From the NCBI GenBank assembly GCA_036677065.1, contig JAKFBS010000001.1:576001-640000 (forward strand): 64,000 bases of DNA, read 5' to 3'. Shown in pieces: positions 9,808 through 19,684 of this stretch. The position numbers and the translations under genes are program-made. Source of the stretch: Bdellovibrio sp. (GTDB lineage Bacteria > Bdellovibrionota > Bdellovibrionia > Bdellovibrionales > Bdellovibrionaceae). Numbering within the stretch: position 1 is the stretch's first letter; every line of letters starts with the position of its first letter. Under the pieces are notes generated by a model, which saw only the letters and a list, made by a program, of their open reading frames with translations, ran no database searches and was not told the origin of the DNA.

Positions 9808-11081
9808 TTGTGAGTTGGAGTTGTTTTTACAGGGGGAGCCTGATCTTCTTCAGGCTCTTCAGATAAATCTTCTGCAGAGTCAAAACGACGGTCTTCGCGT
9901 GGACGGTAAAGAACTTCTTCTTTTTCTCGCATCCAGAATACGAAATCCTGTGCCGTTAATTCACCAGACATTAAACCTAATTTAAGAGCTAAATCAAAGT
10001 GATGATTGGCAAGAAGTGCGCGTTTGCGGCGTTCACCTTTTTTTAGGTATTGATCGTGTTTTGTTAAGGCGTGAATCAATTGCATTGATAATTCGATGGC
10101 AATCAATTCAGCTTTGAAAACACCAAGTTCATCTTTGCAAAAAATCTGAAAACTTTGTTTTTCTGAAACTTCGTTGATATTAAAATTATAACCGTATTCA
10201 GCAATTAAAAAGGCATACAGAACGGCGCCGAAAAGTTCGATCGGATCATGCATGTTGATATCAACGACTTCTAAGCGGCGTAATAAACTTAAAAACTCTT
10301 CAACTTTCGCCGTATCAGTAAATAACGTTTCAAAACCTGGAATTACGGCTTTAAAAACGCCTAGGTCGTGCATTTCCCATAAGGCTAATTCAGGGTTGTA
10401 GAGCCTGAAAAATTTCAGCCATTCTTCGCGGCGACGAGGAAGAACTGTTTTTTTAAGCTCTTCGATGTTTTCCAAAATTGATTTGCGAAGTTCGGTTTCG
10501 ATTTTGAAACTTAATTTTTGCGATAGGCGAATCGCGCGTAAAATACGAATTGGATCTTCTTTAAGGCGCACATGCGGGTCTCCGATCACACGTAGTGTGC
10601 GAGACGCGATATCATCAAGGCCTCCGCAGTAGTCGACTAGGTCTTCTGATAACGGATCATAAAATAAAGCGTTCACTGTGAAATCACGGCGAAAAGAATC
10701 TTCTTTTAGATTTCCGAAAAAATTATCTGCTGTCATTGCGGCCACAGATTCAGTATCGACAGAATTTAATTCATCTTGGGTAGCTTCACGGCGGTATGTG
10801 GCCACTTCAAAAATTTTTTCGCCACGTTTTGCATGCACTAATTTGAAACGACGGCCGATGATAAAACAGTAGGGAACCTTGCGTTTTACTTCGTTAGGTA
10901 AGGCGTTCGTTGCGATATCAAAGTCTTTTGGTTTTAAGCCGACTAACAAATCGCGCACTCCGCCACCAACTAAGTAACCATCAAACTTGTTATCTTTTAG
11001 CTTTTTGATAATGCCGATCGCTTGCGGATCAATGTCCGTATAGGCTTTTCTTAAAATATCTTTAAATTTTTGGATCGACAT
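9804..11081 (-). CDS. pcnB: Poly(A) polymerase I
   Basis: VGGGVRDLL, DFDIAT, PAP signature IIGRRFKLVH, RRDFTVNA and EDPIRILR. Confidence 0.88.
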   Translation of the reverse strand: MSIQKFKDILRKAYTDIDPQAIGIIKKLKDNKFDGYLVGGGVRDLLVGLKPKDFDIATNALPNEVKRKVPYCFIIGRRFKLVHAKRGEKIFEVATYRREATQDELNSVDTESVAAMTADNFFGNLKEDSFRRDFTVNALFYDPLSEDLVDYCGGLDDIASRTLRVIGDPHVRLKEDPIRILRAIRLSQKLSFKIETELRKSILENIEELKKTVLPRRREEWLKFFRLYNPELALWEMHDLGVFKAVIPGFETLFTDTAKVEEFLSLLRRLEVVDINMHDPIELFGAVLYAFLIAEYGYNFNINEVSEKQSFQIFCKDELGVFKAELIAIELSMQLIHALTKHDQYLKKGERRKRALLANHHFDLALKLGLMSGELTAQDFVFWMREKEEVLYRPREDRRFDSAEDLSEEPEEDQAPPVKTTPTHN

Positions 11082-11139
11082 ATATCAGATTATTTTTTAA
11101 TTGAGGAAAGGGTTACAGTCGAGTACTTACTTTAACTAA

Positions 11140-11961
11140 ATGAGTTTTTTATCTAATTTCCATTACGCAATTCTGGGCACGAACACGCAAGAGCGTGTGG
11201 TTTTCATTCACGGTTTGATGGCCTTTGCAGCAAACTGGAGAAAGATTGCTAATCGTTTAGAAGATGATTTTCAGTGCTTGATTTATGACCAACGTGGCCA
11301 TGGACGCTCATTCAAACCAGAAACTGGGTATAGTCCTGAGATCTTCGCTGAAGATTTAGACAAAATAACGACTGAACTTGGTTGGGATAGCTTTCATTTG
11401 GTGGGGCATTCAATGGGCGGGCGCAATGCCATGGTCTTTGCCAACCTGTATCCTGAAAAAGTAAGAACCTTAACCATTGAAGACATGGGTCCTGATTCAG
11501 ATCCGGCGATGCGTGGCTATTATGAAAATATGTTGGGGCATATTCCGACTCCATTTGCTGATAAATCGGCTGTAAAATATTTTTTCGAGAATGAATTTAA
11601 AAAAGCATTTGCGTCTAAAGAGCCTCCTGCCGTGCTTTCAACTTTTTTGCAGGCGAACTTAGAAGAAAAAGCGGATGGCAGTTATGATTGGCGCTTTTCT
11701 AAACACGCCGTGTTTGAAATTACACGCGAGGGCCATTTAAAAGACCGTTGGCTTGAAGTGAGCAGCTTTAAAATGCCGGTACTTTTAATTCGTGGTGAAA
11801 ATTCGCACATTCTTAAACAAGAAACCTTTGATAAAATGCTCGCTGTGAATCCAAATATTCAGGGGATTGAGCTTGCTGGCGCGGGTCACTGGGTGCATTA
11901 CGAAAAATTCGAAGAATTTGTTCAAGCCTTTCGTAAATTTGTGAATGAGAGCAACGCGTAA
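11140..11961 (+). CDS. Alpha/beta hydrolase (YbfF-like esterase)
   Basis: HGL, DQRGHG, GHSMGG and AGHWVH. Confidence 0.85.
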   Translation: MSFLSNFHYAILGTNTQERVVFIHGLMAFAANWRKIANRLEDDFQCLIYDQRGHGRSFKPETGYSPEIFAEDLDKITTELGWDSFHLVGHSMGGRNAMVFANLYPEKVRTLTIEDMGPDSDPAMRGYYENMLGHIPTPFADKSAVKYFFENEFKKAFASKEPPAVLSTFLQANLEEKADGSYDWRFSKHAVFEITREGHLKDRWLEVSSFKMPVLLIRGENSHILKQETFDKMLAVNPNIQGIELAGAGHWVHYEKFEEFVQAFRKFVNESNA

Positions 11962-12007
11962 CAATAAGCGTGACTACGCCCCTCTAAAGACTTACAAAAA
12001 AGGCTGA

Positions 12008-13657
12008 ATGAAATACGTAGACCTAAATCTGGACAGCCGCTTACAAACTAACATCTCTAATCTTGGATACGTTGATGCAACGCCAATCCAAGTCCAAGCC
12101 TTCGAACCGATTATTTCGGGTAAAGATGTGGCGGGTCTTGCACAAACTGGAACTGGAAAAACGGCAGCGTTTTTAATTCCAATTATTGAACGCATTTTAA
12201 AAGCAGAGACTAACCCTGAAAGCGAACGTGCTTTTGTCGACTGGAAAGCTTTCAATCAAGTTTTGATTTTAGTTCCAACGCGCGAATTAGCCGATCAAAT
12301 TCATGAGAACATTTTAAAACTGACTGCGGGCACTGGTTTAAAATCAGCAACATTTTACGGTGGCACCGGATACGACAAACAAAAAGAAGCGTTATCAGGC
12401 AATTTACAATTTATGGTTTCAACGCCAGGCCGCTTAATTGATCTGTATAAAGAGCACCATGTAGACTTTAAAAAAGTAAAAGCGATTATTTTTGATGAAG
12501 CAGATCGTATGTTTGATATGGGTTTTAAAGATGATATGAAATACATCTTAAGCCGTATCGAACGCACTCGTCAGTTCTTAGTGTTTTCTGCCACTTTAAA
12601 TTTTGATGTGTTAAATACTGCGTATCAATTTGGTTCTGAGCCTGTTGAAATTAATATTTCAAAAGATGTGGCTAAAGCCGAAAATGTAAAAGATATGATT
12701 TATCACGTTGGAAATGCTGAAAAGCCTCAGTACTTGCTTTCGATTTTCAAAAAAGAAAAACCTACGCAAACAATTATTTTTACAAATTTCAAAAACAACG
12801 TCGATCGCGTAGCGCATTTTTTAACAGATAACCAAATTCCTGCTATGGGGATTTCAAGTTTGATGTCACAAGCGCAACGCACGCAAGTGATCTCTAAATT
12901 TAAAGAATCAAATAATCAAAACGTTTTAGTGGCTACGGATGTAGCTGCGCGCGGCTTAGATATTTCTGATGTGGATTTAGTTGTGAATTACGAATTACCT
13001 CAGGATTGTGAATCTTACGTTCACCGTATCGGTCGTACAGGCCGCGCGGGTAAAGAAGGTAAAGCATTTTCATTGGTGAGTGATCGCGATGTTGAGTCGT
13101 TATATCGCATTGAAGAATTCACTAAAAAGAAAATTGAAACTGGTTATCTTGAAGACGTTGAATTAGTTAAAGACTTTAAAGCTTTAACTGATCATGAACC
13201 TAAATTTAAAAAATCATTTGATCGTAAACCACAAGGTGGCGGCAGATCAGGTGGCCGTCCAGAACGTGGTGGTAAACCAGGTTTCAACAGAGACCATGAT
13301 GGTAAAGCTCACGCGGGACCTCGTCGCGAGGGTGGCGAACATCGCCATGATGGTCCGAAAAAACATCCGCATCCACGTGAAGATCGTCCTCGGGATGATC
13401 GCCCACGCGACGAACGTCACCCAGACAATCGTCCCAGACATGATAAAAAACCAATGCATCCTAAGCATGAAGGTGTAAAACACGATGCTCATGGTAAGGG
13501 AAAACCTAAACATGATCATAAACGTCCGCACCCTAAAGCAAATGGCGTAACACCAGGTCACTTAGTGCATAAGCGCACGGGATCACACCGTAAGCCTGTA
13601 CCTCAGACCGGTCTAGTTAACTCTGTGAAGTCGTTTTTCAAGAAGTTATTTACTTAA
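12008..13657 (+). CDS. DEAD-box RNA helicase (RhlB/RhlE-like) with basic His-rich tail
   Basis: AQTGTGKT, PTREL, DEAD, SAT, ARGLD and HRIGRTGR. Confidence 0.95.
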   Translation: MKYVDLNLDSRLQTNISNLGYVDATPIQVQAFEPIISGKDVAGLAQTGTGKTAAFLIPIIERILKAETNPESERAFVDWKAFNQVLILVPTRELADQIHENILKLTAGTGLKSATFYGGTGYDKQKEALSGNLQFMVSTPGRLIDLYKEHHVDFKKVKAIIFDEADRMFDMGFKDDMKYILSRIERTRQFLVFSATLNFDVLNTAYQFGSEPVEINISKDVAKAENVKDMIYHVGNAEKPQYLLSIFKKEKPTQTIIFTNFKNNVDRVAHFLTDNQIPAMGISSLMSQAQRTQVISKFKESNNQNVLVATDVAARGLDISDVDLVVNYELPQDCESYVHRIGRTGRAGKEGKAFSLVSDRDVESLYRIEEFTKKKIETGYLEDVELVKDFKALTDHEPKFKKSFDRKPQGGGRSGGRPERGGKPGFNRDHDGKAHAGPRREGGEHRHDGPKKHPHPREDRPRDDRPRDERHPDNRPRHDKKPMHPKHEGVKHDAHGKGKPKHDHKRPHPKANGVTPGHLVHKRTGSHRKPVPQTGLVNSVKSFFKKLFT

Positions 13658-13679
13658 ATTTTATTTACACTAAAGGTGT

Positions 13680-15011
13680 ATGAAAAAAAGTATTCTGACC
13701 ATTTTGTTAATGGCGGCTTTGCCGTCATTCGTTTTTGCCCAAGAAGACCCTATTCAGATGATGAAGTTAACTTCAAATTACATCGTTCGTAATTTGAATG
13801 GTGATCAAGTCTGTAACTTACCAAAAGGTGCTGCTGTCGGTATTGTTGGTGTAGCACCAGATGGCCAGCGTTTAAAAATTATGGCCTTAACGGGTCCATG
13901 TGCTGGAGTAATGAATGGTTTTGTCTATGTGAATTATCTTCGCCCGGCTTCAAAAACAGTGGATAAATACACTGAAACAGCGATGGTTGAAACCGCCGGC
14001 TTAAGTTTACGTAAAGAGCCAAGTGTTGAAGATGGAACACATTCTTGCAGTTTACCTGCGAACACGAAATTAAATATTATCGGTGAAGTGCAAAAACGCA
14101 GTCGTTGGGTGCAAGTTGAAATTCCAAATCCTCCGAAAGGTTGTCCAGCGACCGGTTGGGTTTCGGCCAGTTATTTAAAACCTGATTTCGATTTAAAGAC
14201 TTTACCGGTAATTAAAGGTCAGGCCTTAACTGAAGCTCGCACTCCAAAAGATTGTACTGATTGCGATCAGGGTGAAACTTCTGGCGGTAAAAAATCAGAA
14301 GTTAAAAAAACTGTTGAAACGGCTCAGCAGATTGAAAAATTTGTAAATCAACCCCCAGAACTTGCGGCTGGAGTTCCATCTCCATTTACAGAGTTTGCTA
14401 AAGAATTGCAGCGTACAAAAAAATGTCCGAATCCAAAACAATCTGATTACAAATGTAACCGCGGTTTAATGCAAATGCCTGCTGAAGGCAATGCCGGCTT
14501 CTGCGGAACTCATCACTATACGCCAGATCGTCCTCCTGGAGTTGATACGCACGCAGCTCCGCACACAGCCTGTTCATTACTAGCTGTGGCGCAAGAATGG
14601 AAAAAGACGGCGTGTCCGAATGACAATGCCGGATGTAAAATTGCTTGGGGAGACATCTCGCATACAACGCGTCCTTTATTTAATAAACACAAAGAGCACA
14701 CGCGCGGTGAATGTATTGATATTCGCCCATTTAATACGGGATCATTTCGTGATGCCGGTCGTACGGTGACTGCAAGTGATTATGACCGTGCAAAGACCAC
14801 AGAATTTTTAAAACTAGCAAAAAAACACGGCGCAGATATTCGCTACAGTGATCGTAAACTAATGAATGCAAATAAAGATCTTGGTATTGCGTGGGGCGGA
14901 TCAGCGCATGCCAATCACATGCATATCTGTTTTGAAGCTTCTAATTCAAAAGTGCAGGCAGCCTGCAATAACTTAACGGTGGATCCAAGAGTATGTTCAG
15001 AAGTTCAGTAA
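13680..15011 (+). CDS. Secreted SH3b-domain protein with MepA-like Zn murein endopeptidase domain
   Basis: Signal peptide; two SH3-like repeats (GFVYVNYL, GWVSASYL); GDIS, H-x6-D (HTRGECID) and HxH (HMH). Confidence 0.75.
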   Translation: MKKSILTILLMAALPSFVFAQEDPIQMMKLTSNYIVRNLNGDQVCNLPKGAAVGIVGVAPDGQRLKIMALTGPCAGVMNGFVYVNYLRPASKTVDKYTETAMVETAGLSLRKEPSVEDGTHSCSLPANTKLNIIGEVQKRSRWVQVEIPNPPKGCPATGWVSASYLKPDFDLKTLPVIKGQALTEARTPKDCTDCDQGETSGGKKSEVKKTVETAQQIEKFVNQPPELAAGVPSPFTEFAKELQRTKKCPNPKQSDYKCNRGLMQMPAEGNAGFCGTHHYTPDRPPGVDTHAAPHTACSLLAVAQEWKKTACPNDNAGCKIAWGDISHTTRPLFNKHKEHTRGECIDIRPFNTGSFRDAGRTVTASDYDRAKTTEFLKLAKKHGADIRYSDRKLMNANKDLGIAWGGSAHANHMHICFEASNSKVQAACNNLTVDPRVCSEVQ

Positions 15012-15445
15012 TTTTAGCGTCATTAAGTTTAATGTTACATGCTCAAAGTGCTTTAGCTGTGGGGGCTTGTGATAATTTCGTAAAAGCTTACAGCGAATAC
15101 ACACAAAAAGTCGAAGGTAAGATCGTAAAAAAACATTCGATCTTTGAAATGACCGATTGGGCCCGTAACAGTCGCTTTCAAGGTTTAGTTCTAACCGAAA
15201 AAGCTCCGGCCAATGCCGAAGTGATCTTAGAATCTAAATTAAGTAGTAAAGCTAAAACAGTGACAACGAAAACTAAAAAAAATACTCCCTTCGCTCAAGA
15301 CGAAAAATATCGTGTGGTTGAATTAGATTTAACGAAACAATTAGGTTCAGCGCCCACGCAAGAGGGCAGTTATACAGTCAAAGTCTTAGCTGATGGCAAA
15401 GAAGTTTGCTCAGAAAAAAAATTAATCTACAACGATGGTGATTAA
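14993..15445 (+). CDS. Hypothetical secreted protein
   Basis: Signal peptide ending ALA; overlaps the upstream gene. Confidence 0.7.
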   Translation: MFRSSVILASLSLMLHAQSALAVGACDNFVKAYSEYTQKVEGKIVKKHSIFEMTDWARNSRFQGLVLTEKAPANAEVILESKLSSKAKTVTTKTKKNTPFAQDEKYRVVELDLTKQLGSAPTQEGSYTVKVLADGKEVCSEKKLIYNDGD

Positions 15446-15552
15446 ATTATTTGCGAGGCACTCTTAAGCCGGAAGTTGCCCGTCGTCAGAAGGCGTCGAC
15501 TGACTAGATCTCCTACGTCATTATATTATTCGTAATATCTTAGATTAAAACA

Positions 15553-15608
15553 CTCTGTATTTGGGTTTACACTTTTTAACCGAATAAAGTGTAAACCCAA
15601 ATACAGAG
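15553..15608. repeat. Perfect 23-bp inverted repeat with 10-nt loop
   Basis: ctctgtatttgggtttacacttt / aaagtgtaaacccaaatacagag. Confidence 0.95.
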
Positions 15609-15672
15609 CGTGAAAAAAGAGAAGCCAAAGCTCTTGTCTACAATCCACCGAAAAAAATTACATTTTAGGCAT

Positions 15673-15703
15673 AAAAAAAGGGAGCTATCAAAGCTCCCTT
15701 TTT
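15673..15703. terminator. Bidirectional intrinsic terminator
   Basis: aaaaaaagggagct-atcaa-agctcccttttt between convergent genes. Confidence 0.85.
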
Positions 15704-15723
15704 ATTTTGTTTTTCGTTAATTA

Positions 15724-17766
15724 TTACTTAACGTGTTTTTTCATTTTCTCTGCTAAGTCGGCTTTTTCTTCAGCAGTTAACGAAAGCGGGTATAAACGAG
15801 AAACCCATTGTGGTGCGTACACTCTGTAGTAGTTGCCTTGAGAGTATTTTTCGCCGCGGAAACCACGATCACCTGATGAACCCATCCACCAACGAGAGTG
15901 GTAAGGTAGATCTTCGCGAGGGATAGTCATTAATTCACCGTTGTAGTCAGAAGCTTCAGTTCCTAACGCCTGAGCGATTGATTTGATCGCGGCATTGTCG
16001 GCTTCAACTGAACTTAAATTATCTAACTGAACGATTTGCACGCCAGATAATTTCATGCTTTCAACAATGGCTTTAGCTACAGGACCCACAGCTACTACAA
16101 CTTTGATATTTGAGTTTGCAGCTACTGTTGCGTAAATATTTTTGTAAGTTTCTGTCATTTCAGGTTTAGTTGCTCCTGCGATTAAATCAGAAGTGTTAAG
16201 ATCTAAAGTATCAACGGGTAGTGAACGTTGGATAAAGTAATTTAATCCAGCACCAGATCTTTTTAACATCGCCTGTAGTTTTTGACCTTCGGCTCCTGTT
16301 ACTGCCCGGGCAGAGAAAAAGTCATCGTGAGATGTTTGATCCATCACTACGTACACTTGGGCGCCACGGCCACGGCCACGATATGTGCCTGTATAACCGA
16401 AAGAATCATGACTGATGTAATTGATGCCTAATTGTTTCATGTTTGGCCAAGACACTAAAGCTTCTGATAAAGCACATGCACCTTGATCATAACGTAAATA
16501 ACCGCAAGGACCGTAATCGAAATCAGGACGGTCAGCAGACCAAGTTTTTGCATTATAACGAGGAGATTCGTAAGGTAAATCACGAGAAGACATACCGATT
16601 AAAGCTGTTTTCTTAGCGTTCATTCCAGAATCTAAATCTGCTGGTTTATATGGAAATTGCGAGTTTTTATCGTTGTATGCACCAGCATCAGAATAAACTT
16701 GGATTGAATTTGCACCCCAACGATTAGACGTTGTGCCTTCAGAACCCATTCTCCAGTTTGTGTTGAAGGCAAAGTCACGAAAAGGAATTGGAGCATAACC
16801 TTTATAAGTGTAACCCGCTTCTAAGCGCGCTACTAATTCTTCAGGAGTTGCTTTTTCGTCGATATCTTGTGGTAACCAGTTTTTGTTAGCCACTTTGTAA
16901 GAAGCTACACGTTGAGCCGCGCCAGAGAAACCGGCTTTGATGTTTTCCATCGCAGCGTCGCCACCTAAATTAGGATTAGCGCCACCTGGATGTGGAACAC
17001 CGATCGCTAAAATATCGTTTTTAATATCAACATTGTAGTTATCTTTGAACCATTTTTTCATTCCACGTGTATCACAGTTTTTTAATTCGTAAGCTACAGA
17101 ACATTTACCGCCACGAAAATTTACCCATGTCGCTAATGAAGCTTTACCGCCAGAACCAACACCCATGAATAATGAAACTGTATTCGCGTTTGTAATCATC
17201 ATGTTATCAAATAATTTGTGACGGTAATTAACGATCGGCGAATCGACACCTTGTTCAAGCCATTTAAAACGAGGATCGTCTTCAAGTTGTCCATTGATTG
17301 TGTACACGAAAGTATTTAAGAATAAATAACTGCGGTGAATGCCTAAGTGATTTAAAAATCTTTGTGTACGTGTTCCGGTAGAGCCCGTAAATGCGCGGTT
17401 AGAAACGTTTTCATCTTGAGCGCCTTCTTGGCCAACAACAAAAACTTTTACGCTTTCAGGAGTAAGACGGCCGCGATACCACATCGGACCAAATTCCCAA
17501 CGAAATTTTTCGTCAGTTTTTGCAGTTCCACCTAAAGCTTCGATACCTAAAGCACGGTAATTCGGAGTTGAACCAAAAAGTTCTACCCATTTAGAATCTG
17601 CAGGAGCTCCTGCATCGTATTCTGCCGGTGAACCACGACGGGCATCAAATGGTAAAGCTACGTTAATTGATTGCGGGTCACGTTGTTGTGTTGTGAACGG
17701 GGCGTGTGTGCACGACGCGATAGTCATCACACCAGCTAATAACAACGCTGTTGGTTTGAATTGCAT
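15724..17766 (-). CDS. Lipoprotein with two tandem uracil-DNA-glycosylase-like domains
   Basis: Lipobox IASC; repeat 1 YRGR..VFVVGQEGAQDE..RAFTGSTG..FL..LGI.RSYLFLN..HPG; repeat 2 YRGR..VYVVMDQ..DD..RAVTGAEG. Confidence 0.7.
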   Translation of the reverse strand: MQFKPTALLLAGVMTIASCTHAPFTTQQRDPQSINVALPFDARRGSPAEYDAGAPADSKWVELFGSTPNYRALGIEALGGTAKTDEKFRWEFGPMWYRGRLTPESVKVFVVGQEGAQDENVSNRAFTGSTGTRTQRFLNHLGIHRSYLFLNTFVYTINGQLEDDPRFKWLEQGVDSPIVNYRHKLFDNMMITNANTVSLFMGVGSGGKASLATWVNFRGGKCSVAYELKNCDTRGMKKWFKDNYNVDIKNDILAIGVPHPGGANPNLGGDAAMENIKAGFSGAAQRVASYKVANKNWLPQDIDEKATPEELVARLEAGYTYKGYAPIPFRDFAFNTNWRMGSEGTTSNRWGANSIQVYSDAGAYNDKNSQFPYKPADLDSGMNAKKTALIGMSSRDLPYESPRYNAKTWSADRPDFDYGPCGYLRYDQGACALSEALVSWPNMKQLGINYISHDSFGYTGTYRGRGRGAQVYVVMDQTSHDDFFSARAVTGAEGQKLQAMLKRSGAGLNYFIQRSLPVDTLDLNTSDLIAGATKPEMTETYKNIYATVAANSNIKVVVAVGPVAKAIVESMKLSGVQIVQLDNLSSVEADNAAIKSIAQALGTEASDYNGELMTIPREDLPYHSRWWMGSSGDRGFRGEKYSQGNYYRVYAPQWVSRLYPLSLTAEEKADLAEKMKKHVK

Positions 17767-17904
17767 AAAAGGGTCTCCTTAATTGTGTTAATACAACCCT
17801 TTTAGTTTATGGAATTTCGTGATTTTTTCATAGACCTGAAACATAACCCTTAAAGACCTTGGTCTAGTGAAATGTTTCAAGATTTGGTTAAGACTATTTT
17901 TCTA

Positions 17905-19566
17905 TTAATTTAACCGTTCTAACTGTTCAGCAAGCTTATCAAAGTTCTTGCTATCGGTCGACTTTGTCGGAGTTTGTGCCGCCCATTCTTTTGAAAATAG
18001 ATTCTTAATAACGCTTTTGTAGTTCTCGTCGTTACACGACGTTAGCGAGTCTAGTTGCGGAAACACAGATTTCATATTTGCCACTAGTTCAGATAACTTA
18101 AGCGGCGAGTTCATCACCTTTTGTTCGGCATATTTAGCACAAGCCACGTTACTTTGAGTTTGTTCGGCGGCAACGATTGAATCAGCGTTGTTTTCGGCGT
18201 CAGCTAATTTGCCTTGAGCGATTTTTAATTCTCCACCCACCATCACAAATTGAATTTCAGACTGCTGGGCAGTTACGATTTGTGTATATGGGTTTGAATT
18301 ACGAGATTTTAAACGAATCGCTACGATATCGGCAAAGTAGCCTTCTTCTAGGCGACCTAAGCGATCAGCTAATCTTAGCGCTTTCGCCGGATTGATCGTC
18401 ATCATTTCGAAAAGTTTTTTATCAGTTAATGATTTCATGCCTTTTGATTGACCGTAACGGCGCGCGATTTTAACTTCGTCTAATAAATTTTTTGTTCCTG
18501 ACGGCGTCCAATCAGAGCCTAAAGTGATATTTATATTTTGTTTTAAAGCTAATTCTGCATTTAAAGTATCACCATATAAAACTAAATTTGAAAACGGAGA
18601 CCACACAAGTGAAATTTCTTTTTTCGCAGCATCAGCTAAATCTTTTTCATCCATACCTACGCCGTGAATGATTACTAAACCTTTTTCTGCTAGGCCTAAT
18701 TTTTTTGCGAACTTATATTCTAATTTATTGTAAGTGTCTTTAGCACTGCCTTCTGATAAATGCACGATCAAGCTTCTGATTTCACCGGTTGTAACGATGC
18801 GAGTAAGGTAGCTGATATATTTTGTAACGCCTTCTAAGAATTGTGTTTGACGAGAATTAACTGCACCTTCTGTGGCTTGCAATGCTGTCGTTACTTCAGA
18901 GATTGATTTATTTTCTGAAATTACAGTGGGTAAGATTTTATCTTGATATAATAAAGCACCTTCTTGATTTACGATTTCCATGCTTGAACGCGCATCTGAA
19001 GCAATACCATAATCGCTTTCGATTTCTACGTTGCGGGCTAAGATGCCTTTTGTGCAAGTGTCGTCTTGTCCGATACCTTGAACACTTGTTACACCACCTG
19101 CTAAGGCTTTTATTTCAGCGTACTGGTAAGTTTGGCAATATAAAGAATCTTTATCGCTGGCTGTACCCAGTACAGGGTTATTTAGCGGCCCTGTTACATT
19201 TTTTTTGTAACCAGGAAGTCCGCGCCAGTTAAAGCGGTTACCAAACTGACCGTGGGCTTCATTCCATAATGGAATCACATTATATTTTAAGTGACCGTGC
19301 AAATCGATAAATCCTGAAGATAAAATTACGCGGCCGATATCAGCTTCAAGAATTTTTTTAATATCACGAGAAACTTCAAATGGAGTTGTCGATTTTTTAG
19401 TGATTTTACCGTCTTCGATTAATAAATAAATTTTGCGCGAACGTAACTCAGGCTTGGCTGGATCTGGTTCGTAACCTTCGATGTAAGTACCGGCAGCCAT
19501 CGCTGTACTGGTTAAGGCAAATGTGGTGAGCAAAGCTGAAAGAACATTAAAAAATGGTTTTTTCAT
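17905..19566 (-). CDS. Secreted metal-dependent amidohydrolase (deaminase-like)
   Basis: Signal peptide ending AMA; GFIDLHGH, HLSEG, IHG, LGSDW, TINPAKAL and GRLEEGYFADIV. Confidence 0.85.
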   Translation of the reverse strand: MKKPFFNVLSALLTTFALTSTAMAAGTYIEGYEPDPAKPELRSRKIYLLIEDGKITKKSTTPFEVSRDIKKILEADIGRVILSSGFIDLHGHLKYNVIPLWNEAHGQFGNRFNWRGLPGYKKNVTGPLNNPVLGTASDKDSLYCQTYQYAEIKALAGGVTSVQGIGQDDTCTKGILARNVEIESDYGIASDARSSMEIVNQEGALLYQDKILPTVISENKSISEVTTALQATEGAVNSRQTQFLEGVTKYISYLTRIVTTGEIRSLIVHLSEGSAKDTYNKLEYKFAKKLGLAEKGLVIIHGVGMDEKDLADAAKKEISLVWSPFSNLVLYGDTLNAELALKQNINITLGSDWTPSGTKNLLDEVKIARRYGQSKGMKSLTDKKLFEMMTINPAKALRLADRLGRLEEGYFADIVAIRLKSRNSNPYTQIVTAQQSEIQFVMVGGELKIAQGKLADAENNADSIVAAEQTQSNVACAKYAEQKVMNSPLKLSELVANMKSVFPQLDSLTSCNDENYKSVIKNLFSKEWAAQTPTKSTDSKNFDKLAEQLERLN

Positions 19567-19684
19567 AGTGTCAAACTTCTGGCCAGTAGCCATTAATTGG
19601 CTGCTTGGCCTTGAGCCAAAGCAACCACATTTGTCTTGTTAATATTAACGTAACTATGAAGATTTAATTGCAAAAACAGAGCTA

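Noticed and set aside
13194..13561. Alternative-frame and antisense ORFs in the helicase tail
   Set aside because: By-products of low-complexity coding sequence; no motifs
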